Part shown: one piece after another, positions 13,785 to 27,520 of the stretch | Numbering within the stretch: the first letter of the stretch is position 1 | How the letters are laid out: each line of letters starts with the position of its first letter | NCBI GenBank assembly: GCA_001938485.1 | Contig: MQRK01246099.1 | Location: 1 to 64,000 of the forward strand | Length of the DNA: 64,000 nucleotides | Reading direction: 5' to 3' | From: Girardia tigrina | Lineage: Eukaryota | Notes under the pieces: generated by a model | What the model was told of the DNA's origin: nothing | What the model saw: the letters and a program-made list of their open reading frames with translations, nothing else | Database searches by the model: none | Program-made: the position numbers and the translations under genes

Positions 13785-14880
13785 TTAGGTTGATGGAAAA
13801 GAAATGTCGTTTTTTAACCGTCAACTTTAAATGAACATAACTTTATTACTCAAAATAAAAACTATTACATTGAACACACTGTTGCCAACAGGTAACAAGT
13901 TTTTTTTCCAGTTTCATAAAATTCTGGAGTTCTGGAGGCGATTAAGTCGTCCAAGGCTCTTTCAGCAACTCCTTGGTTTCTGAAGCATTTTTTGTGAAAG
14001 AACTGACTGAAATGTTTGAAAAGGTGATAGTCTGTAGGAGAAAGGTCTGGTTAGTTTTGCAACATTTATTATTATCACAAGCGCATTCACTATTTAACAT
14101 CTCTCTTGATCAATGTATTCCTGAGTTCAAACTAATTATTTTCAATAAATAATAATCTGTTCATAAAAATTATTTATTATAAAGAATATAATTGGTTGAA
14201 ATTAAATCTAAAGATTTTTAAAAAAGAACATATTAAATTAATATATTAAAATTTTAAATTACATTAAAAAATAAATAATACATTCAAAAATTATTTTAAA
14301 TCTTTTTACTTTAAAATTAAATTAAATTATTTTTAATTAGTAAGAATCAAAGAAAATACCAATCAGCCATCTTTGTAGGAGAGGCACAATCCGAATCAAC
14401 ATGCAACATGCACAATATCAACACACAATTCTAAACATTTCTCACACGGTGGATGAGGCAAAGTTTCATATCACAGTTCGTTTAACTTCAGCATGGTCTT
14501 TCTTGCAACATGTGCACAAGCGTTGTCATGCAGAAGAATTGGTCCTTTTCTATTGAGTAATGCAGGCCGTTTTTTTGTAGTTCTTGGTGCATTTTGTCAA
14601 TTTGCTGACAATACTTTTCCGCTGTAATTGTTTCGCGTTGTTTTAGGAAGCTGTAATGGATTACAGCGTGTGCGGACCACCAAACAGTTACCATGACTTT
14701 TTTGGTGTAATTTTGGCTTTGAAGCCTTATGGAAATCCAACCACTGAGCTGAACGTCACCAGTTATCGTATAGGATCCATTTTTCATCGCACATTACAAT
14801 TCGAGCCAGAAACGGGTCGCTTTGATTACGCAAAAACAGAGAATAACACACGATAAAACGACAATTTTTTTTGATATTCG
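13785..14880 (-). mobile_element. Mariner (DD34D) fossil split by an LTR insertion
   Basis: TIR TTAGGTTGATGG at 13785; KKVMVTVWWS, ETITAEKYCQQI and LHDNA; YETLPHPP | PDLSPTDYHLFKH split by the 14053-14446 insert. Confidence 0.85.
14053..14446 (-). mobile_element. LTR fragment (TGTGAGA variant) inserted in mariner
   Basis: Reverse complement starts TGTGAGAAATG and shares GGATTGTGCCTCTCCTA..AGATGG with the 708 LTR. Confidence 0.65.
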
Positions 14881-15539
14881 TTTAATTCGTGCGGCACTCA
14901 CTTATCCTATAATAATAAACCTACATTTTATTCAAATCAGTAAAAAATATTTTATGGGCCTGATGAAAAGTAGAAACCGGATTAAAAAAAAGGAAAAATA
15001 TTTTTGAATCACCTTTATAAGTGATTGAGAAGATGCATGGAAGAGGATATATAATCTATATCATTTTCATATAACAATCTCTATCACAGATTGTTATGTG
15101 AAAATGGAAAAATCTTTGACCGAATGTTGAAAAATTTAAGAAATTCTGAAAAAACGAGGAATAGTTCAGTCTTGTCAATTCTTTTTTCTATATGTTCCTT
15201 TGAAAAATTTCCATTTTTTAGTTTGTATTTATTGTTTTAGAAAACATATTTGTATTTATTGCCAATGAATATTTTGAAAATTTATTTATTTTAATACGGA
15301 CTTATTATTTATATCATTTATTAAACATTTTGGTTTTCTTTATATTTAGAACGAAACATGTACTGAACTGTAGCATCTAATAAATTATTATTGTTTGATA
15401 CATCTATTCATTTTTCTCTGATTAAAAAATAATATTTGTACTTATTTCAAAAGATTCAAAAGTAAAAGAAATTTAAATTAATAATATTCATGTATAAAAT
15501 CTTAATAGATATAGGCAGTCTTTTAAACTATATGTTAAA

Positions 15540-15882
15540 ATAGTAAATCAAAAAATTAATTTTTTATATCCATTCTTTATTCATACAGAACGCTACTTTG
15601 CCAAACAAGTTTTAAAATTTAAAAAATTTTAATTAAAAACCAAATTAAAAATTATTATAAACTACTTATAATTTATAAGGAGATATCTTCCAATTAATAT
15701 TGTTCGGGAACTCCGAATTTTCCATTTTTTTTCTAGCTTTGGGACTTTAAAAATTTTTACATAACCATTTATTGTCATCGAGAATGAGTAAGTGTGTAAA
15801 GTTTGAAGAAAATCGATTGTAAGCCTTTAAAAAACAGGTTTCTAAATTCCATGGATACATATATATATATATATATATATAT
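15540..15882 (-). repeat. Non-autonomous Helitron/DINE-like repeat with (TA)n
   Basis: Second copy of 9369-9753 (GGAACTCCGAATTTTCCATTTTT, AAGTTTGAAGAAAATCGATTG). Confidence 0.55.
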
Positions 15883-16745
15883 NNNNNNNNNNNNNNNNNN
15901 NNNNNNNNNNNNNNNNNNNNNNNNNNNNNNNNTATATATATATATATATTATAAAGTAAGCTAATAAAAAAATGGAAAATAAAAGAAAGACCTGAATTGT
16001 CGAAAGTAAATATGACTGTTAAGGATAAAAAATGAAACCGAAATGGTGATGTATAAAATTATTTTTTATTAGATTAAAATATATTTTTCAAGAAATTTCA
16101 AAAAAATCCAATTTAAATAAATTTAAAAATAAAAATTTGTTCTGAAAAAATAGTGAATAACTAAGAATTTTGTTTTAATAATTCAGATTTGTATTATTAC
16201 ATTTTTCTTAAAAATCACTTGTTTTTGGTATGATTGAAAATTCTAATTCAAAGGATTCTTCAATGCGGAATTGTACTAACACTGAAGTCAAATTACTATG
16301 TTTCGGCAAGAGACACATTCAGTTACATATTAAAAATCATGTCAGTAAATTTATAGAATTTATATACTGCCACATTTGTCTTTAAAATGATAACCATAAT
16401 TATTACCTGATTTAAAAATTGTAAAGATTTTCTTAAATATAGAGATTTTAAAAGAGTCAGCTGAAAACTTGCTAAAAAATTTTTTTAAATATTATTTCAA
16501 AAAAGAAATTATATTTATAATTTATATAATAATTATTTATGTTATATAATTTATATATATTTAATTATAAAGAAATTATATAATAATTATTTCATATAAT
16601 TATTTAAAATAATTATTTAATTTACACAAAATTAATTTTTCTTTTTATTTTTAACCAATTGAATTTGTAAAATAAGTTTATTGGAGGAATCTTTTTTTGT
16701 AAAAAAATGCTAATAACAAATTTTTATTAGATAAGTTTCCTTTGG

Positions 16746-17404
16746 ATGTACTCAAATACCAGCTCACTTGAGTCATACTATTTGAATGTACGTTATATGA
16801 ATATTGTCTTTTACACGATTTTAGGCATTCTAGGACTCTTGTTTAATATCATATTATTGTTTGTTTTGTATCAGTCAAAATCGAGAAAACTAAACGAACT
16901 GTTTCTCTTCATTTTAGCTTTGGACGGTTGTCTGTTCTCTGTATTTGATATTGCTATTTCCGTATCAAATGTATTTTCTCTTTCCTTTTTCGAAATAAGT
17001 TCGTATATCAATTGGAACTTGAAATGTAAAATTATTTTATTTTTTGAATATTACTTTATATATTTGAATTTGCACGTTTTTATGTGTCTCACGGCGAATC
17101 GATTCGCATTAATTGTGAAACGAAATTTCCAAATGATTTATATGGAAAGAAAATGTTTTTACATGTCAATTTTGATTGTATTTCCAATTTCCAATACTTT
17201 TTTCACATCTCTCTCGTACTTTTATCCAACTGTTTCCTCAGCTCATTCTTTAGACGTGTTTACATGCTATTTACGAAATATTCCAGTCCTACTAACCCTT
17301 GACTTTTTCCTGTTTCCTTTGTTGGTTATGATGTTATCTTATATCGCCATTATTGTATATTTTATTATACAAAGGAAAAAAGTACAAACAATTATTATGA
17401 AAAA
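16746..17404 (+). CDS. Class A (rhodopsin-like) GPCR, exon 1 (TM1-TM5)
   Basis: N-glycosylation site NTS; TM1 GLLFN; TM2 LALDG; TM3 Cys and ANRF; TM5 FLFPLLVMMLSY; donor AA|GTGAGT at 17405, phase 2. Confidence 0.85.
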
Positions 17405-17592
17405 GTGAGTTATTTTCTGAAATATCAAAAATAATTCGTCATTAAAACGATTAAAAGGATAAATAATTTTATTACAAATAAAAAAATGTTATTTTTTAAT
17501 TTAATAAAATTTTTAATCATTAATATTAAACTCTAAATTATTTTATTTGCTTTTTTATATTTATTTTATATTATTGAATTTATTTATATATA

Positions 17593-17664
17593 CAGTAAAG
17601 ATTCACAAATTGCAACTTCACAAAATGTAACGAAATCTCAGTTGCAATTTGTGAATCTTTACTG
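17593..17664. mobile_element. 72-bp Tc1/pogo-type MITE
   Basis: Perfect 25-bp TIRs CAGTAAAGATTCACAAATTGCAACT; TA on both sides. Confidence 0.8.
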
Positions 17665-18157
17665 TATATATNNNNNNNNNNNNNNNNNNNNNNNNNNNNN
17701 NNNNNNNNNNNNNNNNNNNNNATATATATATATATATATAATTGATTACAATTGAGTAATTGATTGCTTTATTAGTACATGTTGATAAAATAAATTTATT
17801 AATCTTTCTTTTGAATTATTTTTTAAATTGAAGACATTTACCGGTCTTTAATAATTAGTGTCTGAAATAAGAAAATATACCTCAATTCAAAAAGAAAAAA
17901 TCTTCGAGAAGAAAGTTTAACCAAATAATTCAGGAATTATCATCCACCTATTAAATTCAGCAAGAAAATCTATTACAGTTAACAGAAAAATACAATTTTC
18001 TGTCAAGTGCATTGTAAAGATTATTTTCCGATATACAAAACAATTTTGAGTACACTTATTTGGCATTGAGAATTTCCCAAGCTAAAAATAAAGCGAAACA
18101 CAATCAAATAAATTAGTTAAATTATCTCAATTCTTTTTCTCGCATATCAAAACCCTA

Positions 18158-20568
18158 ATCCCAAACAGATTTTTGTTGGCGGAATCACATAAAATACAAC
18201 AGAAGAAGAACTAAAGATTTTCTTTTCGAGTTACGGTTCAATCAAAGACGTAAATATTATAAATTATCGTACCCGATTATCAAAAGGAAGCTATGGATTT
18301 GTGACTTTTGGAAATCTAGAAATATCTGAAGAACTCATCAAGAATGAAGCTGAAACATTGATTTTTAAAGAACGAAAATGAATATTAGGCAAGCTGTAAG
18401 GATGAAACATTTATTTCCCTAACAAGAAATATTTAGAACAGTTTTATATAATGGACCAGTTTTATATGCTACACAAAATGGATTAACTCTATTTCAGGTT
18501 CCTTGGCAAAATTATTCAGTTTTGGCATCTCAGTCTCCACAATATGCAAATATGATGCTACCCGAACCGACCACTGCAATATATTTACTGCAACCTCAGT
18601 ATACTCATCAAACTTCTGGTGCTGTAATTCCTAACCCTAACAATGAACAACAAGTTGCATTTAGACAAAGCACCGGCAATTGCAGCACAGGGGCATGTAT
18701 TAGCTGAATTAAAAGCAGCCTTTTATTCATCTGCACAAGCTCCTAGTAGTAATAGTTCTAATTCTGCTACTGGTGCTTCAGGACACGATTTTTTATATAT
18801 TTCTCACACTAACACTAGTACATCTAAAGTGCGTTTCATAATTATAGACGCACCCTATTTTTTGTAACTTTTACAGGAAGGGGTGGTACTGGATTTTGGA
18901 CCATGCTATAGTTGTATGTAGTAGGTAACGTTATGACAGAAAATTATCGCAGTTTTCATAAATTTCCATTTTCTCCAAAGAGATTTTAGCAAAATACTGA
19001 ATTTTCAGCGTTTCATAATTATAGACGCACCCAGAAATAAAATAATGAAATGAATAATAATATGAAGTTAGACCACAATTCTTGTTTATGACTTGATATA
19101 TTCGCTCTGTTATGCTAATAACCACCACTTTCAACTTTTCGATATCAATTTTGGTCCAAGCTCTGTCGATTGCCGACTTTAATTCTAGAATATTATTGAA
19201 TTGCCGATAATTCGAATAAATCGGACGAACAAGAATACCAAAGAGGTTCTCCATGGGATTGCAGTCGGGTGAACACAATGACCAGTCAAGGACCTGAATA
19301 TTACGCTTTCTAGAACTCACGTGAATTTGGGTTTTATCCTGATGAAATGTAAATTTTATCTGAAGTAGCTTTCGTGTAAAGGACACAAGGTGTTCTTGTA
19401 ATATTTCATGGTACTCTTCACTACTCATTCGAGATGAGGGGTATGCTAATGAATGCCACCTCCAAAATTCCTCTTTGAAAATGTCAATGGCTCTTTCGAA
19501 GGTCTCACCAGTATGTGTTGCAACCATCCGGCTCGTTTAGATTGAACTTTTTCTCGTCACTGTAAATCACCTGAAACAAAAGGTATCCTTCAAGCATGAT
19601 TTGAAATGTAAAAACTCTCATTTACTTACATTTTGCCAATCTGTTTTCATGTTAGCACGATCTTACAATCTTTTATATATACAATCTTTTAATCTTATAG
19701 TGATCTTGTAGCTTTGGTGCAGCTTTCATTTTCGCTCTGACAATGATGGAACTGCGATAGAGGGTTCTCCTGATTGTTGTTTTCGCACAGTAATACTGCT
19801 CTTACGCTTGATCTCATTGCAGCTCATGTGAGAATTTGAGGCAGCAAAATAATTCGTCTCTCATCTCGAACAGAAAGCTTCCTCTTCCTTCCAGTATGTT
19901 TCTTCATACCAAAGCTTGTTGGACTTTTAAGGTAATTACGCACTGCGTGATCTGATCTGCTCAACATCTTCGCTATAGCCCTCCCTGATTTTCTTTCACA
20001 TTACAAAGCAGCGATTTGCCCTTTTTCATATTCAGAAAGCTTCACACCTTTTGGCATGTTTTCTACAAAGCAACAACAACATTAACGGATAATTTAATCA
20101 ATAAGAAACTGTACTCACGTGGTTTCTATTTATAGACATGACCTAAATGCATATCTGATTTGATAAGTTTTAGGGAACATTAATTTTGTTCGTATATCTC
20201 TGAAATAATTACATATATCTGTTGTTATAATTCATTCAATCTGGGTGCGTCTATAATTATGAACCGCTGAAAATTAAATCTTAAATCTCTCTGGAGAAAA
20301 TGGAAATTTATGAAAATTGCGATAATTTTCAGTTATAACGTTACCTACTACATGCAACTATAGCATGATCCAAAATCCAATACTACCCCTTCCTTTATAA
20401 GTAACAATAAATATATTGCGTCTATAATTATGAAACGCTACTTATTTCAAATAATGATTTTTCAAGTGGCAATGTAAAAACAAATATATTTGAACAAATT
20501 GATTATTACAAAAATATTTTGGTTCGCGGTAGTTTGCAATACGCAACCAACACCAGGAAAGCATAAGA
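18158..20568 (+). pseudogene. boule: Intronless boule/DAZ-family RRM pseudogene, split by a Tc1 element (18827-20442)
   Basis: IPNR/IFVGGI (RNP2), SKGSYGFVTF (RNP1), EAETLIFKERK/NIRQAVR and YATQNGLTLF; frameshift near 18170, stop at 18190, further lesions; frame continues after the Tc1 TA. Confidence 0.8.
18827..20442 (-). mobile_element. Full-length but decayed Tc1 element with ~210-bp IR/DR TIRs
   Basis: TA TSD at 18825-26 and 20443-44; GCGTTTCATAATTATAGACGCA direct repeats within each TIR; FHQD and WSLCSPDCNPMENLF (DD34E-type). Confidence 0.9.
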
Positions 20569-20754
20569 TTCTGGTCTAAGAAACCATTTGAAGAATTGAA
20601 GCTCCTTTACAGTAATAACCTGTTATTAGACCAGATCAAAAATAAATTTTGTTATAAATGAGCAGAAAAAACAATATACTATTATTAAAACCCTAACGTT
20701 CCACTTTTAATAGGGGGCTAATGTTGTAACGGACATTGTAGTGGGTTGAAACTA

Positions 20755-22092
20755 CAGGGTGAGTCAGAAGTCACCGGGCAGTCATTATATTAGTGATCCA
20801 TGTGTACAAAAATGAGTTTACATCGATCAGTCGGTTGATTTCTTGGTGTAAACTCACTAAGAAGATCATGTGAACACATCTTACAAATAGTCCATTTAAG
20901 TCGATAATTTTATATTTATAGTCGATAATTTCATCATTTAACAAACCTTAAAAATGGCAGAGTCAAATAATTCCAAACTAATAACTGAAGAACGCGTATT
21001 TCTCATAAAAACATTTTATAAAACGGACAACAAAAGTGAAACATGTAGACGATTCCAAGAAAAATTTGGTAGGGCGGTTAAAAGAAACACAATAGCGAAT
21101 CTAATTTACCGCTTTGAAATAAGTGGTTCCTGTGAAGATCTTCCTAGATGTGGTAGACCTAAATATGTTTGCAACTCTGAAAACAGACAAATTATTACAT
21201 ATAGTTTTACGAATAGTCATCGAAGATCCACCAGGCTAGCATCACAAGAGCTTAGCATTTCTCAAACTTCCATTGTCAGGCTCCTGCACGATGCTCATTT
21301 AAAACCTTACCGTCCACATTTACTCCACTCCTTGAATGACGATGATTATGACCGTCGAGTTGAATTCTCTCAGATTTTTCAACAACTTTGCCATGAGGAC
21401 GCTATATTTCTGGCGAAGATTATTTGGAGTGATGAGGCAACCTTCAAGCTTAACGGACAGGTCAATCGTAACAATTCTGTTTACTGGGCCCATGAAAAAC
21501 CGCATGAAATCCTACAAAAAAAGTCAACGCAGTTGGTGTAGCAGTTTGGATTGGAATTAGTGTTTCCGGTCTGGTAGGGCCTTTTTTCTATGAAGGTTCT
21601 GTGACAGGTGATAGTTAAGTGTCAATGCTTAACAATAATTTTATACCCTGTGTGAAGAAATGGCCGCTTGGGGAGATGTGGTTTCAACAAGATGGTGTAC
21701 CTCCCCATTAGAGCATTGTAGCGCGAAACTTTCTCAACGACAACTTTCCAAACAGATGGATTGGTCGCCGTGGTTCCATCGAGTATCCTCCTCGCTCTCC
21801 CAGACCTTACCCATCATGATTTCTTTCTTTGGGGTGTATTAAAGAATTCAGTGCATGCCAAAAAGCCGGGAACAAAAGATCAACTTGTGGCAATGATAAT
21901 GAATTCTTGCACAGAAATTAGTGATGATTTATGCCGAAGTGCTTGCTATTCTGTCGTTCGAAGGACTGCAAAATGCATTGAAGAAGGCGGCCAACATTTT
22001 GAGCATTTACTCCGTTAGATTATGTATACAATTTTAATGTAATAATAAATTGAATTTTTAAAACCTGTGTCGTTTTGACTGCCTGGTGACTT
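20755..22092 (+). mobile_element. DD41D (rosa/Visitor-type) Tc1-mariner element; transposase pseudogene at 20954-22018
   Basis: IIWSDEATF, FQQDG and SPDLTHHDFFLWG with 41 residues between the 2nd and 3rd Asp after frameshift repair; left TIR CAGGGTGAGTCAGAAGTCACCGGGCAGTCA; right TIR truncated. Confidence 0.9.
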
Positions 22093-22094
22093 GC

Positions 22095-22314
22095 AGTTGC
22101 ATGTAGTAGGTAACGTTATAACAGAAAATTATCGCGGTTTTCATAAATTTCCATTTTCCCCAGAGAGATTAAAGATTTAATTTTCAGTATTTTATAATTA
22201 TAGACGCACCCAGATTGAATGGATTATAACAACAGATATATGTAATTATTTCAGAGATATACGAACAAAATTAATGTTTACTGAAACTTATCAAATCAGA
22301 TATGCATTTAGGTT
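22095..22314 (+). mobile_element. Partial 5' end of a second copy of the 18827-20442 Tc1 family
   Basis: Reverse complement of ~20140-20360. Confidence 0.8.
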
Positions 22315-24476
22315 AATGATCGCGGTTTCCACTTTATTTCCCATAAACACAATAAATTTCTTACATATTGTAAAGGACAAGTAGGAAGTCACACCCATCC
22401 TCACATTACCAAACTGAGAAATGTGTTGAGCAATAAAATTATCAAACTTCGCCGACAAATCCAGTATTCCCATGTATTTTTCGTCACACCCATCTTCACA
22501 TTACCAAACTGAGAAATGTGTTGAGCAATAAAATTATCAAACTTCGCCGACAAATCCAGTATTCCCATGTATTTTTCGTTATGAGGCGATCCGAAATGCT
22601 CATCCTCTCCACGAAACGCTATTACACGTTACTAAGAAATTGGATTTCGGCTGCTATTCTCTTCAGAATATCCTTCCAGTATTGATATACAATATCAACA
22701 TGATTTTTCAATTGAAAATATAAATTGCCTTTACATTCTCGATTCATGAGCAACCACAAACTCAAATATGTTTTGTGCTCAAATATGTTTTTATGAAGCC
22801 CTACACATTTATTCCCATTGTTCCAATCAACAAAACCTTTGTCCAGTGAAAAAGAGCTTGAATCTATGGTACCTTACATACAGCATATACAACAGAAGAC
22901 CATCCCTGTTGATGGCGAATAAATAAGCCCCTCTCTATTCTGCAATCTGAGTTCAAATAATATATTTGAGAGACGCGTTGTACAATTTCCGAACTGGCGG
23001 ACAGAATCAGCAAATTCACCGATGTTTGAGGAAGGTGGTTTTCTGCGATGTATCTCTCAGGACAGACAATACATGTGTGTTATATTTAGCTGGATCACTG
23101 TTACTGAAACTAGTTATTTTTAAATTAACACACATTGGCCCAGAAGCTGGAAGGACTGTAGTATTACCAGAGTCAAAAATCAGATTAGATGAAACTGACA
23201 GTAGAGGCGATGTCAATGAAGATGAAAGGATCTATGAAGAGCCATCTTTCAACATGGGGATGGGATTTCGATTGCTATCAAAGAAGGTTGTCAACTTTGA
23301 GATCTTTCTCGATTTGAAGTGTATCACTAAAATTAACAGTGGATATGACCCATATCCACTGTTAGTTTTAATCATGCATCTCATATCAATTTTTACAGCA
23401 CGATTTAGTTCTATGTTTTTAGTTCTGTTAATCAGTCTTTTGTATGTTGTCCAGTGGTGTACCGAGCGTATCTGGCGCCCGGGGCAGAAAGGCCTGTCGG
23501 TGCCCTCTCCAATGATGCATGTAATTCATAATTAACGGTTTTCTTCGAAAATAAGACCAGGTCTTACATTCGAAGAAACACCATTTTTAAAAGTAATTTG
23601 TATTCCTAAAATAAGACCACTCATATTATAAAACTTTTTTTGAATCAATAATCGTTGATTTTAGTTTTCAAACTTCAAAATATTTGTTAATAACAGATCT
23701 TGTCTCTTCAACTGGATCTTCCTGTCCTACACTGAAAATTTTTCTAACAGACAATCTGTTTCGTTTCATAAAATTTCAATTCACCTGTTGCTCACAGTAA
23801 AATTTGCAATTGAAAGAGAAAATGCGATTTTATTTACTTGATTGCTCAATATACTGTATGATAAGTCTTGTTTTCTTTTCGTTCCGTGCATAACTACTTT
23901 GCAAGATCTTCTTCAAGTTTAGGAAAAAAATGTGTTCTGTCAGATCCTACTTTAAATGTTGGACATTTATTTTTATAATTGCATATCTTTTCTTCTTGTT
24001 TTTTTCCAATCACGCACTATTATATTCGATATGTTATAATTTCTAGCTTTTTTGAATATATTGTTATTATTTTGTCTCAGAATATCAAGAATCTTGATCT
24101 TTATTTCAGTACACTATGACTTCCTATGCATAGGATAAGAAATGCAATAGCTATAAATAATGAATAGTCAAACATAAAAAAATTGAAAAATGAAGAATTA
24201 AAAAAAATATTAAATTTACGTAGTTCAATATGAAAATAACAAACATACTCATTTTAATAACTCATTGTGTGTACGCCACTGATGTTGTCTATGATATTAA
24301 TTAACAACTGGACAGTACAACTGTAGTGAGATTGTAATGATTGACTTCATTTTAGATGTTCATTGCTGTGCTTTATTTTGTAAACAAAAAATCCAAAACA
24401 TCAGCAATGCTCAAAGTCTCTGGAGCGCGCGTCCCTTCGCCATTGCGTACCTTGCATAATAGTTAATCTGGGACTA
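22315..24476 (-). mobile_element. hAT (ZMYM1-type) fossil with an internal ~95-bp tandem duplication and a nested MITE
   Basis: AFRGEDEHFGSPHN..YMGILDLSAKFD and YSPSTGMVFCCIC; terminus-like AGTCCCAGATTAAC at ~24476. Confidence 0.75.
23452..24281. mobile_element. Non-autonomous hAT element containing pogo-like remnants
   Basis: TIRs CAGTGGTGTAC / GTACGCCACTG; 8-bp TSD ATGTTGTC at 23444-51 and 24282-89. Confidence 0.9.
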
Positions 24477-25182
24477 CATTAAAAGAATTTTCAAAGGAAA
24501 TTGAATTCTAATATTAATTTATTTTTTAATTAAAATTGTTTTTTAACTTTTGATAATCCAGAATAGGTAGGAAACTTTAGAAAATTGACAGAAAAGGGTG
24601 AAATATAGTTTCATTATTATGTAACAAGAAACAACATATGAGGGTATCCCGAAAAAAATTTATTATTTTACACACTACACAAGTGTACACTAATGCATTT
24701 TCAGAGAAGGATGTAAGAACAATGGAAATTTATCTGAAACGAAAATTATAAATGCTTTTAATAATATTTTAATATTATATTAAATCAATATTGATAATAT
24801 TTTAAGTTCTTAAATCACAATTTTATTGATTCAATTCGCCTTTGCTCACATTTGTTAGTTTAAGTTGCATTTTTGTAAATGAATTTTAAAATTTTCATTC
24901 ATTTCCTGTTCAGTTAATTGTTTTCCAAGAAATATTTATTTAGAAAAGTAACAAAAAAATATTTTGAGTTAAATTTATTTTAAAGATTAAAAAATGAAAA
25001 GAAAGAAAACTGAAATAATGTAATTTAAATAAAGCAATATTATTTTGTTCACATCCATATTGTTTGAATTGATGTTAAGAGAGAGCACCTATGTCAATAG
25101 GGGTACCATCTCCAGAGATAATGCGGATCGGAATTCAAGAATGCTGTAAATAAGATAACCACACTGAACAGGAAATTTCTTT

Positions 25183-25420
25183 TCAGAGATATTGGATGTC
25201 ACTGTCCGAATCCGCGTCACTGTCGCTATGAGCAGCAGTTGCACTAGCGTTGATATCTCTCACAATATCCGCTTCAGTTGGCACGTCTGTAATGATGAGG
25301 TCTTTGTCAATGTCGACATAATCACAGAAGTAGATGCTTTCAGGAATGAGACAGGCCTGAGCCAAGCGTTCCCACAATGTGTCACCGTTGTAGGCGGAAG
25401 AGACCAAGCCCTCTTCAGGT
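25183..25420 (-). mobile_element. Tigger/pogo transposase acidic-tail fragment
   Basis: FCDYVDIDKDLIITDVPTEADIVRDI...DSDADSDSD resembles Tigger C-termini. Confidence 0.5.
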
Positions 25421-26569
25421 TCAGTCCCAAATTTTTGTTAAACCCGAAACCCAGTTAACATTTCAAATAATTTCTTGATAGTTTTGCAAAACATTAAAAT
25501 TTTTAAATAATAAAAATAGTCTAATTAAAAGAAGTTTAATTCTTGGAATCGACAAAAGAATTATTTCAATGAATTTAGGCCCTTTAACTTATCAAGCCAA
25601 ACATCTATCAGTCTGAATGTATGAAAGATTTAAGATACCAAAATTGACATGTTTGAAATCAAATTAAAAAAATGAAAAAGACATATCATTATTTAAATAT
25701 CTATCTAAGGAAGACGTCATATAAAAGCCACACAATATCTAAATTTATTGTAGAGTCTACAATTAAGATTGTCCAAATTTCATAATATGAACTAGATTAT
25801 TTATATTTTAGAACGACTAATGACAGATTTAATAATTATGAAAATAAAAGCTATTTATTATTTAATTTATTCTCAAAGTGATAAGTTTCATCATTACGGC
25901 ATCTTCAGTGTAATAAAAATAGGATTAATTACTATTTATATAGTTAAAGAACTATAAAATATGAGTACTGTTGAATCCATTTACTTAAAACTGAATAGTA
26001 AATCAAATAAAATTTCTTGAAATTAATGTTGTTTTAACCTAAATTAACCTAAAATTACCGTACTCAGAGAGAGTAAAAAATTTCACTCAATTTTTATAAC
26101 ATGGAATAACTGATTTGTAACTAACAAATGCCGTAATTATTTTTTCTAAAAAAATCAAAAACACTTTCTTCGAAAATGGTGTCTTCAAAAACGATTTCTT
26201 CGAGTGATCAATTCCTTCGAAAAAAACTTGTTTTAGAAAATGACTTTTTTTGGTAATTTGGGCAATCGGTAATTTGGAGATTCGTTTTCGAAAAAGTTAC
26301 AGTGAATCAGTGTATCAATTCAAATGTCACAAATTCGAACATTGGAGAGATAAGTCGTCATGTCCGTATTAGAATTACTCAACCTAATCAATTGAGTAGA
26401 AATAGTTCGGTTTTAAGACATTAAAATTTTCAGGGTAATCAATAACCGTGATAAAGATTTTAGAGTTATTTTAAATAATTTTGACAGAAATAAAAAAAGG
26501 ATTTTTGCAAAAGCATGGTTAATAAAGCATCAGAAACCATGCTTAAACATACAACGATATTCATACAAT

Positions 26570-27520
26570 CAGTGGCGTACCGAAGTGGGGGAGGGGGCGG
26601 GGAAGGCACCTGCCCCGGACGCCGGAGAATGAGGGGCACTAAAATCAGCATCAAAACGGCAGATTGAATCGTGCGCTGGATTTACATGTGTCATGCAAAT
26701 TATTTATCAATTGTAAATCAATTTTATTTATTTACTTATTAATCTCCAAATTTATTACGTCAAGCAAAAACTTAAGTGGAACTAAACATTGCAAAAGAAA
26801 GCGACAACAAAAAACAGGTGCTAAAAAATGTGACTCATTTATGCAGCAGTTTTTAAAACAATGATCAGAACAGGAAATTGACAGCCATGGATATGGATAA
26901 GCTTGGACAAAACACTATAACTGATCCATCGGAATGCCTAAATCAGCTGGACGACCTTGATGACATATTCCAGCAAGACCTCTGATGATATCCAACAGCC
27001 CTGTGCCGTACTGGCTGAGTTTTATGAAACTGATATAGATGGTACTAAACTGTTTGCAGAAATCAGTGACTGCAATAAGTTGATGAAATCACGGTCAGAT
27101 GCTGCCCCAAGAAGCCCATTGGAATTAATTTCATTCATTATTTCCTATGACATATTTTCAAACCTACGGATTGGTTTGAAAAGGAAATTGACTATTTCTG
27201 TGTCACTTGCAAGCTGTGAGCGTTCATTTATCAAACTAAAACTAATTTAAACTTATTTGAGATTTTTAATGGGACAGAAGCGTTGGTTTGACTTGGTACT
27301 ACTAAGTACAGAGATGGAGCTAGTCGCATCAATTAACTTTTTTGATGCAATTGAAAACTACAAATGCAAAATCACAAAAAGTTAGTTTTTAATAAAATTT
27401 TATATTTGTTACAGATTTCTTTTGTTAACTTCGTAAATTTTGTAAAATTTTTGTAACAAGTAAATTTTGTATGAGTGTTCTTATATGTGGGGTTTCCTCA
27501 TAAATAAAACCTTGGTTTTA
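26570..27520 (+). mobile_element. Internally deleted hAT element
   Basis: CAGTGGCGTACC terminus; dimerisation-domain remnant TISVSLASCERSFIKLKLI. Confidence 0.8.

Noticed and set aside
21483-21493. Fourth half-tRNA PBS match (CTGGGCCCAT)
   Set aside because: It lies within DD41D transposase codons (YWAH) with no LTR end; chance match.
25880-25915. Third hammerhead (CTGAAGATGCCGTAATGATGAAAC, minus strand)
   Set aside because: Stem II and helix I do not pair convincingly; at best a decayed remnant.
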